A DNA stretch of 64,000 bases from Chthoniobacterales bacterium (lineage in GTDB: Bacteria; Verrucomicrobiota; Verrucomicrobiia; Chthoniobacterales; Chthoniobacteraceae). This document shows positions 38,222 through 47,421 of this stretch, one piece after another (position 1 is the first letter of the stretch; each line of letters starts with the position of its first letter). Both the position numbers and the translations under genes were made by a program. The notes under the pieces were generated by a model. The model worked only from the letters and a program-made list of their open reading frames with translations. It ran no database searches and was not told the DNA's origin. The stretch is taken from assembly GCA_038207335.1 (NCBI GenBank), contig JBBQZX010000005.1, positions 1-64,000 on the forward strand, read 5' to 3'.

Positions 38222-38698
38222 TCAATACGGTTTCGGAATCACGCGTCTCGCCGGATCTGTCGCGCCGGGCATGTTGAAAATCGGTGCGGGATTCGTCGAT
38301 CGGACCTCCGAGGCGCGCAGGACGAATTCGGGATAAAACCCATTGCTCGACGGCTCATAAACCGTCTGCCCCGAATATTCGCCGTAGAGCTTGTATTCAT
38401 ACCCGTTGTCGCTCCCGACCTCGTTCCGCGCGCGGTCCGGCGCGAGCCGGTGCTGCTCGTTCAACATCACCAATTTCGCCGCGCTCCACGGCTCCCCCGG
38501 GCTGCGCACAAAGCCCCAAAACTTATAGTCGTTTTTGTAAAAGCGCCGCCCAATGAAATAGTTCCCCGGCGGCTCCGCGGAGATGGAATTCACCATCGCC
38601 ACCCGCGCCGATTGAATCCCCTGCATCTCCTGAGTGGCACAGCCGCCGAAGACCGCTGCGAGCATGAGAAGCAGGACGAAAGAGAAGCGCGAGAGCAT
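38222..38698 (-). CDS. Hypothetical lipoprotein
   Basis: Signal peptide with lipobox-like VFGG-C; natural-looking globular sequence (YFIGRRFYKNDYKFWGFVR...). Confidence 0.75.
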   Translation of the reverse strand: MLSRFSFVLLLMLAAVFGGCATQEMQGIQSARVAMVNSISAEPPGNYFIGRRFYKNDYKFWGFVRSPGEPWSAAKLVMLNEQHRLAPDRARNEVGSDNGYEYKLYGEYSGQTVYEPSSNGFYPEFVLRASEVRSTNPAPIFNMPGATDPARRVIPKPY

Positions 38699-38769
38699 GT
38701 GAATGGTGAGTGAGAAGCACGATGTAGCTGCTGCTCTCCCGGAAATCCAACCGCGAAAATTGGCGCTCC

Positions 38770-39210
38770 TCAGCGCTCCTCGATCTGCTGCCGGATGCGC
38801 GCCAGCAGCGCCGGTTGCCGCGCAAGCTGCCCGGTGAGCGCCTCGATCGCCCGCAGCGTCGGCGGGCTGATGTGATGCTCCATCCCCTCCACGTCGTGGA
38901 AAATCACGCTTTCATCGATGCCGAAAAGATTCAGGAAATCGGTGAGCAGCTCATGCCTCCGCGTGATGTTCCGCGCCAATGTCTCGCCTGCCGTCGTCAG
39001 CACCAGCCCGCGATATTTCTCATACTTCAGCAGTCCCTCCGCATCGAGCCGCTGGATCATGTTCGTCACGCTTGCCTGCGAGATTTCCAGCGACTGCGCG
39101 ATATCGACCACGCGCGCATAACCCTTCGTATTTATGAGCTCCAAGATGCGTTCGAGGTAGTCCTCCACTGCGGAGGACGGTCGGGCTGGAGGCGCGGTCT
39201 TGGCAGGCAC
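38770..39210 (-). CDS. mntR: DtxR/MntR family metal-dependent repressor
   Basis: EDYLERILELINTKGYARVVDIA, ASVTNMIQRL, YEKYRG, RRHELL, DVEGMEHHIS; divergent from mntH. GTG 39210 chosen from promoter spacing. Confidence 0.92.
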   Translation of the reverse strand: MPAKTAPPARPSSAVEDYLERILELINTKGYARVVDIAQSLEISQASVTNMIQRLDAEGLLKYEKYRGLVLTTAGETLARNITRRHELLTDFLNLFGIDESVIFHDVEGMEHHISPPTLRAIEALTGQLARQPALLARIRQQIEER

Positions 39211-39216
39211 GCGCAG

Positions 39217-39245
39217 ACGATGCCAGTGCGAAAAATGTGCGTCAA
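39217..39245 (-). promoter_or_regulatory. Sigma70-like promoter of mntR (leaderless)
   Basis: TTGACG-17 nt-CATCGT (with extended TG)-6 nt-GTG. Confidence 0.55.
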
Positions 39246-39275
39246 GGCTGTGAAAGTAAGTCTTGCGGAACAATG

Positions 39276-39289
39276 TTAGCCTAGGCTAA
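39276..39289. promoter_or_regulatory. Perfect 14-bp palindrome, DtxR/MntR-type operator
   Basis: TTAGCCTAGGCTAA, 12 nt upstream of the mntH ATG; resembles the DtxR-family box core TTAGGTTAGCCTAA. Confidence 0.8.
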
Positions 39290-39301
39290 TTCTCTATTCC
39301 G

Positions 39302-40672
39302 ATGTCCGAACCGATCCACGATCACGCCCCGCTGGAGGGCTGGAAGAAAGAGGGCGGCGTCTCCCTGCCAGAGGTGTTTCGCTCCATCCCAGTCCCGAAA
39401 AACGCCTCTTTCTGGCGCAAGCTCCTCGCCTTCGCCGGCCCCGGCTTCCTCGTCTCTGTCGGTTACATGGACCCCGGCAATTGGGCCACCGACCTCGCGG
39501 GTGGCGCGAAGTTCGGCTACTCGCTCCTCTCCGTCATACTGATCTCCAATCTCATGGCGATCCTGCTGCAGCACCTCTGCGTGAAGCTCGGCGTCGTCAC
39601 TGGACGCGACCTCGCACAGGCCTGCCGCGACGACTATCCTCGCCCCGTCATTATTGTGCTCTGGCTGCTGTGCGAAGCCGCTATCGCCGCGTGCGATCTA
39701 GCCGAAGTCGTCGGCTCCGCCATCGGCCTGCAGCTTCTTTTTGGCATCCCGCTCGTGTGGGGCTGCGTCATCACTTCGCTCGATGTGATGCTCGTCCTCT
39801 TTCTGCAAAACAAAGGCTTCCGCTACGTTGAGGCGCTCGTCATCGCCGTCATCCTCACCATCGGCGGTTGCTTCCTGGCCGAGCTCATTTTTGTAAAACC
39901 CGACCTCGGCGCGATGACCGCGGGCTTCGTCCCGACAATGGAGATTCTGAAAAATCGCGAGATGCTCTTCGTCGCGATCGGAATCCTCGGCGCGACCGTG
40001 ATGCCGCATAATCTCTATCTTCACTCCTCGATCGTTCAGACGCGGAACTTCGAGCGGACGCCCGAGGGCAAAGCCGAGGCGATCCACTTCTCCACGCTCG
40101 ATTCCACGTTCGCGCTCATGTTCGCGCTCTTCATCAATGGCGGCATCCTCGTCCTCGCCGCCGCCGCATTTCATTGGAGCGGGCATCGCGATGTCGCGGA
40201 AATTCAAGACGCGTATCAGCTCCTGAGCCCGACGCTCGGCGTTGGCATCGCGAGCACGCTCTTCGCGCTCGCCCTGCTCGCGAGCGGCCAAAATTCAACG
40301 CTCACCGGCACGCTCGCCGGCCAGATCGTGATGGAAGGCTTCCTCAACATCCGAATGCGCCCGTGGCTGCGCCGCCTCATCACGCGCCTAATCGCGATCG
40401 TTCCGGCTGTCTTGGTCATCGGCATATTGGGAGAAGGCCGCACGACCGATTTGCTCATCTGGAGCCAGGTGATCTTGAGCATGCAACTCGGCTTTGCGGT
40501 GATCCCGCTGCTGCTCTTCACCGACAGCCGGGCGAAAATGGGAAAGTTCGCAAATCCGCTCTGGATCAAGGTTCTCGCGTGGTCCACCGCATTCATCATC
40601 GTGGTTTTGAATCTCAAACTGCTGTTCGATCAATTCGCCCCCGCCTCGTGGCAGGCGGCCGTTGGCTTCTAA
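39302..40672 (+). CDS. mntH: Nramp family divalent metal (Mn2+) transporter
   Basis: [58 protein letters not shown]. Confidence 0.97.
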   Translation: MSEPIHDHAPLEGWKKEGGVSLPEVFRSIPVPKNASFWRKLLAFAGPGFLVSVGYMDPGNWATDLAGGAKFGYSLLSVILISNLMAILLQHLCVKLGVVTGRDLAQACRDDYPRPVIIVLWLLCEAAIAACDLAEVVGSAIGLQLLFGIPLVWGCVITSLDVMLVLFLQNKGFRYVEALVIAVILTIGGCFLAELIFVKPDLGAMTAGFVPTMEILKNREMLFVAIGILGATVMPHNLYLHSSIVQTRNFERTPEGKAEAIHFSTLDSTFALMFALFINGGILVLAAAAFHWSGHRDVAEIQDAYQLLSPTLGVGIASTLFALALLASGQNSTLTGTLAGQIVMEGFLNIRMRPWLRRLITRLIAIVPAVLVIGILGEGRTTDLLIWSQVILSMQLGFAVIPLLLFTDSRAKMGKFANPLWIKVLAWSTAFIIVVLNLKLLFDQFAPASWQAAVGF

Positions 40673-40685
40673 AAGCGCGTCTCCC

Positions 40686-41114
40686 ATGTATCGCAAAATC
40701 CTCATCGCCCTCGACCACACTGCCGCGGATGAAGCGCTGCTGCGCCACGTAACGCAGCTTGCCGTGCTGATGAAAAGCGAGTTGCTGCTTGTGCACGTCG
40801 CGGATGGCTGGGTCGCGCGGAATTTCGACCAGCTCAACCTCGCCGAGTCCGAAGAGATGAGAGAAGACTGGCAGCGGCTCGATCAAGCGGCAGCGCACCT
40901 GCGAAGTGAGACAGGGCTCGTCGCCTGCACCCGGCTCGCGCTCGGGAGCCCGCCTGACCAAATCCTGAAAGTCGCGGCCGAGGAAAAGGTGGACCTCATC
41001 GCGATGGCGTCGCACGGGCACCGGCTCGTCGGCGACATCATCCACGGCAGCACGATCGAGCGCGTGCGGCACAACGCGCGCGTGGCGATGGTGGTCGTCC
41101 CGGCGGTGAAGTGA
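40686..41114 (+). CDS. Universal stress protein
   Basis: Start trimmed to ATG 40686: MYRKILIALD..LLVHV..GSPPDQIL..DLIAMASHG..IIHGST. Confidence 0.92.
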   Translation: MYRKILIALDHTAADEALLRHVTQLAVLMKSELLLVHVADGWVARNFDQLNLAESEEMREDWQRLDQAAAHLRSETGLVACTRLALGSPPDQILKVAAEEKVDLIAMASHGHRLVGDIIHGSTIERVRHNARVAMVVVPAVK

Positions 41115-41149
41115 CGCGTGTGCGATCCTCGGGCAATTGCGCACAGGCG

Positions 41150-42145
41150 CTACCGAGAGATCCGTGCGCCGCTGGCTTGCTGATTGAATCCGATCACCGA
41201 GACGACCGCGCGTTGCGCCGCGCTTTTCTGCACCGCGAGAGTCGCGGCGATCGTTTGGATGAGAGCGCTGGCACCGGGCGCTTCGCCGAGGCATCGCTTG
41301 GGAAGCAGCTCTGGCATAGCATTCCCGAGCGCGTTGGCTTCGGCGCGGTCGATGAAGGTTCCGTTTGCGCTTCGGACTGCGAAGTCGCCGGGGCCGAGCT
41401 CCGAGAGCACGCGCCGGAGTGCTGCGGTGGCGCCGCTTTGCTGGAAAAACGGCACGCCGGGGTGCGTCTCGATTCCGAGCCGCCCCGCGCGGCTGAGCAC
41501 GATCGCGCCTGCTCCTTCCGCCAGCGGCGTGCGGGCGAAATGCCAGTCACGATACGCCTCACAGAGCACCCAATCGCATTCCTCCGCGGCGACGACAACG
41601 CACTGATCGATGTCGGTCGTCGCGAGGAGTTGTGTCCCGAAATGCAGCGCGGAGAGGCCGACTGTCGCGTCGCCGACGAGCGTGTACGTCGCGCCGTCGA
41701 GACCGAGTTGCGCAGCGAGATGGCTGGCTGGCGCGTTGTAAACCGTCTCGGGAAAAAGCAGCGGGCTCGCGGTGTTTGCGCCTTGCTTGACAATCTGCTC
41801 GTAGAAGCGGCGCGTGTATTGCACTCCGCCGTCGCTGACCGCGAAAACGATCGCGGTGCGTGCGGAAATCTCCGGGGTGACCTTGAGCCCGGCGTTTTCG
41901 AGCGCAGCGAGTCCGGCTGCGACGGCAAAGTAACTGATCGGGCTGGAGCGGCGCAGTCGCGGGTTGCGCCCGAGTGCCTCCACAAGCTTTGGAGGCACCG
42001 GCATCGAGTCGTGAATGCGGCCAGTCTCGGGATTCGGGAGCTGTCGGATTTCCGCGACATCTCTGCGTATCAAGCGTTCCCAAACCAAGTCCAGGTCAGC
42101 CCCGAGCGGCGTCACCCATCCCATGCCAGCGATACGACTTTTCAT
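41150..42145 (-). CDS. Ketosynthase-like protein lacking the catalytic Cys (chain-length-factor-like)
   Basis: IAGMGWVTPLG, ASPLLFPETVYNAPASH; TLVGDATVG where an active KS has Cys; AEGAGAIVL, LGEAPGAS. ATGA-coupled to the upstream KS gene. Confidence 0.8.
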   Translation of the reverse strand: MKSRIAGMGWVTPLGADLDLVWERLIRRDVAEIRQLPNPETGRIHDSMPVPPKLVEALGRNPRLRRSSPISYFAVAAGLAALENAGLKVTPEISARTAIVFAVSDGGVQYTRRFYEQIVKQGANTASPLLFPETVYNAPASHLAAQLGLDGATYTLVGDATVGLSALHFGTQLLATTDIDQCVVVAAEECDWVLCEAYRDWHFARTPLAEGAGAIVLSRAGRLGIETHPGVPFFQQSGATAALRRVLSELGPGDFAVRSANGTFIDRAEANALGNAMPELLPKRCLGEAPGASALIQTIAATLAVQKSAAQRAVVSVIGFNQQASGARISR

Positions 42146-43347
42146 GGTTTCTCCAAGACGATCGTCGCGTTCGTGCCGCCGAAGCCGAACGAATTTGAGA
42201 TGGCACAGCGCATGTTTGCGGCGCGCGTTTCGTTCGCAACGATCTGAAGCGGCCATGCGGGATCGGTCTCCGTGTGGTTGATGTTCGCGGGCAAGAATCC
42301 GTCGCGTATCGCGAGAATTGTGAAGACCGCCTCGATCGCTCCGGCGGCGCCGAGCGAGTGGCCCATCATCGATTTGGTTGAACTCACCGGCACCGCGTGG
42401 TCACCAAAAAGCTGCGCGATGGCGGTGCCTTCGGTCGCATCGTTGAAGGTCGTCGCGGTCCCGTGAGCATTGATGTAATCGACCTCCGCAGGCGACCGGC
42501 CTGCGGACGCGAGAGCGCGCTGCATCGCCTGCAGCGGGCCGATGCCGGATGGATGCGGCTGCGTGAGATGATGGTTGTCGGTCGAGATTCCGTAGCCGGT
42601 GATTTCGGCGAGGATCGTCGCGCCTCGCGCCTGCGCGGACTCCATTTCTTCGAGCGCGAGGATCGCCGCGCCTTCGCCGAGCACGAGTCCGGTGCGATTT
42701 CTGTCGAAGGGCCGAATCTTTTCCGGCGTCGATGCCTGGAGCGAATCGAAGCCGACGAAAACCATTTCCGAAATCGCGTCGTAGCCCCCGCAGAGTACGC
42801 GGCGGTGCAGGCCGGCGCGGATCAAATTGAACGCGTGGCCGATCGCGTTGCTGCCGGATGCGCATGCATTTGCGATGATCTGGCTCGGGGCGGAAAAGCC
42901 GCACGCCTCCTGCGCGTCGAGCACCGCCTTTTGCGGGAGATAATTTGCCAGCCACCCGCCGCGCTTGTGTGGACGAGCCTTCGCGACCTGCGCGCGATAG
43001 AATTGCTCGCCGAAACTCATGCCGCCGCTAGTTGTGCCGACGACCATCAACTCGGGTGAAAACTCGGGGTCGCCTGCCTGCGCCTCGCGCGCGGCGAGGA
43101 TCATCATGCGACTCGCGGGATGCAGTCGTGCCCACTTTTTCCCATCGCCGTCGGCGCGTAAGTCACCGACCTGGCCCGCCGTTTTAGAGCGCGTCTTCGA
43201 CACGTCGAAAGTCGTCACCGGTGCCACGCAATCCCGCGCCTCCCAAAGCGCGCGTGCATTCACCTCCAACCCGATTCCGAGCGGGCTGACGACGCCCGCC
43301 GCAGTCACGGCGACGCGGCGCGGGGCGATGGTTTCTTTTCCGGACAC
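42142..43347 (-). CDS. Beta-ketoacyl-ACP synthase (FabF-like)
   Basis: RRVAVTAAGVVSPLG; Cys-His-His triad ANACASG, INAHGTAT, KSMMGHSLGAAG; SNSFGFGGTNA. Start trimmed to GTG 43347. Confidence 0.93.
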   Translation of the reverse strand: MSGKETIAPRRVAVTAAGVVSPLGIGLEVNARALWEARDCVAPVTTFDVSKTRSKTAGQVGDLRADGDGKKWARLHPASRMMILAAREAQAGDPEFSPELMVVGTTSGGMSFGEQFYRAQVAKARPHKRGGWLANYLPQKAVLDAQEACGFSAPSQIIANACASGSNAIGHAFNLIRAGLHRRVLCGGYDAISEMVFVGFDSLQASTPEKIRPFDRNRTGLVLGEGAAILALEEMESAQARGATILAEITGYGISTDNHHLTQPHPSGIGPLQAMQRALASAGRSPAEVDYINAHGTATTFNDATEGTAIAQLFGDHAVPVSSTKSMMGHSLGAAGAIEAVFTILAIRDGFLPANINHTETDPAWPLQIVANETRAANMRCAISNSFGFGGTNATIVLEKP

Positions 43348-43408
43348 TGCGGAGGTGTAGCACAAAAGTTGATGCCCCACTCCAGCGTTTCGCGTTACGA
43401 CGAGCGGC

Positions 43409-43750
43409 ATGGAACCCTTTTCTCTCCTCGCCGCCCTCAAAGTCGCGGGCCTCGTCGTCACGCCGTGGAAGATCGTCGGCTGGATCGGCAACCTGATTTT
43501 CAGCACGCGATTCATCTACCAGTGGCTCGCCTCCGAGCGCGCGAAGCGGAGCGTGATCCCGGCGGGATTTTGGCTGCTGAGCACGCTCGGGTCGCTCTTT
43601 CTACTGGCGTATTTCGGCTTCTACCGGCGCGATTCGGTGGGCGTGATTTCGACCGTGTTTCCTCTGCCGATTTATCTGCGAAATCTCTACCTGCAGCTCA
43701 AGCACCGGCATCCAGTGCATCCCGGAAACGAGCCGCGCGTGGCGCAGTGA
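43409..43750 (+). CDS. Lipid-A-disaccharide synthase N-terminal (LAB_N) domain membrane protein
   Basis: WKIVGWIGNLIFSTRFIYQWLASERAKRSVIPAGFWLLSTLGS...RDSV...IYLRNL. Confidence 0.85.
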   Translation: MEPFSLLAALKVAGLVVTPWKIVGWIGNLIFSTRFIYQWLASERAKRSVIPAGFWLLSTLGSLFLLAYFGFYRRDSVGVISTVFPLPIYLRNLYLQLKHRHPVHPGNEPRVAQ

Positions 43751-43778
43751 GGAATGGTCGAGTCCCCTGCGAAGGCTG

Positions 43779-45677
43779 ATGTTTCCTAGCTTTCTCTCAC
43801 TCTCGAGCGCGTGGCTTTTCGCGCTGCTCGTGCCGCTGACGGCGCTTTATTTTTTGAAGCTGAAGCGTCCGCGGCAGGTGATTCCGTCGCTGGTTTTGTG
43901 GCGGCAGGTGATGAACGATCAGCGCGTCAATTCACCGTTCCAGCGCTTCAAGCGGAATCTGCTTTTGCTCCTGCAAATTCTGCTGCTGACGCTGCTCGTG
44001 CTCGCCGCGATGCAGCCGCTGCTACGCCACCGGAGCTCGGTAGCAGGACGCCTTCCCGTCCTCATAGACACGTCGGCAAGCATGGCGGCGTTGGACAAGC
44101 CGGGCGGAATATCTCGGCTCGACGCGGTGAAAAGACGCGTTGGAGAAATGCTCGATGCGCTTCCGGCGGATCAGCAGATCAGTCTCATCGCGTTTGGGAA
44201 AACCGCGCGGCGCCTGACGGAATTCACGAATAACGCGCGAGAGCTGCGCACGGCTTTGGACGCGATCGATGTCGAGGATGTGCCGGGCGATTTGGAGGAG
44301 GCTCTGCGGCTAGCGCAGGGGCTGGCGCGCAGCGCGCCGTTCGATCGCGTGCTGCTGCTCTCGGACGGCAATTTTCCCGCGCGGACGAACTTCGAGCTGC
44401 CGTTTAAAATCGACTACGAACGGGTTGCGCCTGCAGGCGGAAATTTCGGAGTCACGGCGTGCAGCGCGCGGCGTGGGCTGAGCGGGCAGTGGGAGGTCTT
44501 CGTGCAGCTCGGCGGCTCGGCGGGCGCGGAGGCGACGACGGGCTCGGTGGAGCTGCGGCAGGACGGTGCGGTGGTCGCGACGGAGCCGGTGACACTGGTC
44601 GCTGAGAGCGCTCCGGGGCTGGCTTTCAAAGTCGCGGCGCAGGGCGCTACGACGATCGAGGTGCGGCTGATTCCGGGCGGCTTCGATTCGCTGGCGTCGG
44701 ACAATTCGGCGTGGCTCACGCTGCCCGCGCCTCGCCCACTGGATGTCTTCGTGCCGCCGCGCATGGCGGCGTTTCGGCATGCGTTGGAGGCGCTCGATGG
44801 TGTGCGGCTGTGGCCGCAGGATGGCATGGCGTCGCCGAGCGTGTTCGATCTCGCGCTGACGGATCAGGCGGGCGATTTGCCACTCGCGGGGCGGGTGGTT
44901 TGCACGGTCGGATTCGTGCCGGAGGAGCTTGCGAAAATGGTCGCAATGCAGAGCGGAAATTCGGCGGTCGTGGATTGGCGGCGCGATTCGCCGCTGCTGC
45001 GGCATGTGGTGCTCGACGATGTGATTTTCATGGATGAGCCCCGGATGGCGTCGGCGGTGTCGGAGCCGGATTTCGCGAGCGCCGGATTCGCTGTCCTGGC
45101 GCAGGGCGCGCACGGGCCGCTGCTGCTGGAAAAGCGCGAGCGAGATGGCGTGCGGATTCACGCGCTGTTCGCGCCGGAGCGCTCGACGCTGCCGTATCGC
45201 GTGGGGTTTCCGATCTTCGTGTCAAATCTCGTGCAGACCGCGCAGGGCGAGTCGAAGCTGGCTGAGGTGAGCGCCGCGCAGACCGGCGTGTTGCCGTCGA
45301 TCGCGGTCGCAGCGGGATCGCAGTTTGAGATTTCAGGGCCGTCGAATTTTCATCGTGAGGAACGGTCGGATGGGGCGGGGGAGTTGAGCGGGGTGCCGGC
45401 TCCGCGTGCCGGTGAATACTTGATTCGCGGGCCGGGCGCTTTGGATTTGAAGGTGGGCGCGAGTTTGCTCTCGGTGGCTGAGACGGACCTTGCGGGAGTC
45501 GATGCGCTGGAGTTTTCCGACCAGATCAAAGTGCAGGCGGCGAGTGGTCCGTCGGCGATGTCAGATCGAAGTTTGTGGTGGCCGGTGGCGTGTGCGGCCT
45601 TCGCAACTCTGCTCGTGGAGTGGTGGTATTTCCAGCGGTGCCCGACGGTTGCGGAGCGGCGGGTGACTGGCGGGTAA
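43779..45677 (+). CDS. BatA-N + von Willebrand factor A domain membrane protein
   Basis: LVPLTALYFLKLKRPRQVIPSLVLW..LLLLLQILLLTLLVLAAMQP (BatA); MIDAS-like IDTSASM, LLSDG; C-terminal TM LWWPVACAAFATLLVEWWYF. Confidence 0.87.
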   Translation: MFPSFLSLSSAWLFALLVPLTALYFLKLKRPRQVIPSLVLWRQVMNDQRVNSPFQRFKRNLLLLLQILLLTLLVLAAMQPLLRHRSSVAGRLPVLIDTSASMAALDKPGGISRLDAVKRRVGEMLDALPADQQISLIAFGKTARRLTEFTNNARELRTALDAIDVEDVPGDLEEALRLAQGLARSAPFDRVLLLSDGNFPARTNFELPFKIDYERVAPAGGNFGVTACSARRGLSGQWEVFVQLGGSAGAEATTGSVELRQDGAVVATEPVTLVAESAPGLAFKVAAQGATTIEVRLIPGGFDSLASDNSAWLTLPAPRPLDVFVPPRMAAFRHALEALDGVRLWPQDGMASPSVFDLALTDQAGDLPLAGRVVCTVGFVPEELAKMVAMQSGNSAVVDWRRDSPLLRHVVLDDVIFMDEPRMASAVSEPDFASAGFAVLAQGAHGPLLLEKRERDGVRIHALFAPERSTLPYRVGFPIFVSNLVQTAQGESKLAEVSAAQTGVLPSIAVAAGSQFEISGPSNFHREERSDGAGELSGVPAPRAGEYLIRGPGALDLKVGASLLSVAETDLAGVDALEFSDQIKVQAASGPSAMSDRSLWWPVACAAFATLLVEWWYFQRCPTVAERRVTGG

Positions 45678-45787
45678 GCGGTGGAAAATTCGCGATAGGA
45701 GTCACGCGGCGAGCGTTTGATCGCGGCCTCCTGCCTCGATCAGGCGCTGATTTCGAGGACAAGCAGGATTTTCGCCGCGGAGGCGGC

Positions 45788-47296
45788 TCAGTCGAACTCG
45801 ACGTGGTGGACGCGGAGCGTGTTGCCGGTTTGGCGCTGGTACTCGGAGATGGATTTGTTGTAGTCGCTGCGGGATCGGAGTTCGGCGGCTTCGGCTTCGA
45901 TGAGTTTTTTCTGGAGCTCGAGGACTTCGAAGGTGGTGCCGGCTCCGGCTCGGAGCCGCTGCTCACCGGCAGCGAGGCTCTCTTTTGCCAATGCGCTCGC
46001 TTCGACTGTGGAAGCGATGCGCTCGCGATTGGTGGTGATTTGACGCGATGCGGCATCCACATCGACGACGATTTGCTGCTCGAGGCGCTGGAGATCGATG
46101 AGTGATTGGGCGGCGGAAATTTTCGCGGCGGCGACGCTTCCACGGCCTTCGCGATTTGGGATGGGGACGCTGAAAATCGCGCCGGCGCTCCACTCGCTGC
46201 TGTCGCGCCTGGCGGTGCGCTCGAGGCTGCCGGTGAAGCCGCTGTCGAAGCCGAGGAGACGCAGGCTGCCGGTGAGGTCGAGGCGCGGGAGGGCGAGATT
46301 TTTGGTGAGCGCGACTGTGATGTCACGGCGGCGGATTTCGAGGAGCGCCTGCTGGTAATCGGGGCGGAGGACGAGGGCGTCGTTGATGCCGGCGGGGACG
46401 TCGGCTTTGAAGAGCGGCTCGGGCGGCGGTTCGATTTCGACTTTCACATCGAGCATGGGCTCGAGGTCGGTGGTGACGAGTTGCTTGAGGAGGTTCTCGT
46501 TGTCGCGGACTCCGCCGAGCGCGAGGATGACGCCTTCCTTTCGCGCAGCGGCTTCGGCACGCGCGGTGGTGACGTCGAGCGGGGACATGACGCCGATTTG
46601 AGAGCGCTTCGTATTGTCGGAGAGCAGCTGGAGCGCAAGCTCGCGGGAGCGCTCGGCGACGCGGAGATTTTCGGCGGCGAGGTGGAGTTCGACGTAAACG
46701 AAATAGGTGGTGGTGATGGTGTCGATGATCTGCTTGCGGAGAGCTTGCTCGGAGACGAGGACGTTGTTCCGCGCGATGCGGATTTGGGCGAGATTTGCGG
46801 TGGTGCCGCCGCCGCGGAGGAGGGGCTGGATGAGGGTGAGGGAGGCGTTGGTGCCAAAGGTGTCGGTGAAGTTGTTCGCGCTGCCGGTGGCGTTGCCGGT
46901 GCCGATGCCGAGGTCGTAGGCGGTACCGAGCGGGGTGATGCCGGAGAAGCCCGTGCTGACGGTGTCGGCGCGGGTGATTAGGCCCGTGCGTCCGCCATTT
47001 CGGAGGCGCAGCTCGGAGTCGGAGAGGTGGCGTCCATTTTCAAAAAACGCGCGCATGGAGGTCTCGGCGCGGCTGGCGGAAATATCGAAACGCGGGTCGA
47101 AGCGGCCGATTTGCTCGGTGACTCGAGCGCGCGCGATTTGGGGTTCAAAGCGCTGGACTTGGATGTTGAAGTTTTTGGCGAGAGCCATCTGGATGGCCGA
47201 CTCGGGGGTGAGGTGGAGGACGCCAGGACGGCTGACATTTTCTCCCGCGAATAGGGCGAGCGGGAGCAGGAGGAGTGGGATGAAAAAGCGGGACAT
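45788..47296 (-). CDS. TolC family outer-membrane efflux protein
   Basis: LTPESAIQMALAKN, LTLIQPLLRGGG, ALVLRPDY, LPRLDL, FSVPIPN, GAGTTFEVLELQ; two-repeat OEP pattern. Confidence 0.9.
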   Translation of the reverse strand: MSRFFIPLLLLPLALFAGENVSRPGVLHLTPESAIQMALAKNFNIQVQRFEPQIARARVTEQIGRFDPRFDISASRAETSMRAFFENGRHLSDSELRLRNGGRTGLITRADTVSTGFSGITPLGTAYDLGIGTGNATGSANNFTDTFGTNASLTLIQPLLRGGGTTANLAQIRIARNNVLVSEQALRKQIIDTITTTYFVYVELHLAAENLRVAERSRELALQLLSDNTKRSQIGVMSPLDVTTARAEAAARKEGVILALGGVRDNENLLKQLVTTDLEPMLDVKVEIEPPPEPLFKADVPAGINDALVLRPDYQQALLEIRRRDITVALTKNLALPRLDLTGSLRLLGFDSGFTGSLERTARRDSSEWSAGAIFSVPIPNREGRGSVAAAKISAAQSLIDLQRLEQQIVVDVDAASRQITTNRERIASTVEASALAKESLAAGEQRLRAGAGTTFEVLELQKKLIEAEAAELRSRSDYNKSISEYQRQTGNTLRVHHVEFD

Positions 47297-47382
47297 GCGG
47301 GATGGGATAATCTCGGAAGGGGTGGAAACTTATCCGTTTCGCGCGCGTCGGCGAGTACGTGAGAGGCTGAGTGTCGCGCCGT

Positions 47383-47411
47383 TTGACACTCGCGCGCGCC
47401 CCTCCTACGCT
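47383..47411 (+). promoter_or_regulatory. Strong sigma70-like promoter (near-leaderless)
   Basis: TTGACA (47383)-17 nt-TACGCT (47406)-10 nt-ATG 47422. Confidence 0.7.
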
Positions 47412-47421
47412 CCCCGCCCCC

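Noticed and set aside
39211..39301. yybP-ykoY Mn riboswitch upstream of mntH
   Set aside because: The spacer is only 91 nt and is occupied by promoter and operator elements; no riboswitch consensus seen.
45690..45787. Structured ncRNA between the vWA and TolC genes
   Set aside because: An imperfect hairpin (AGCGTTTGATCG/CGATCAGGCGCT) is present but is adequately explained as a terminator between convergent genes.
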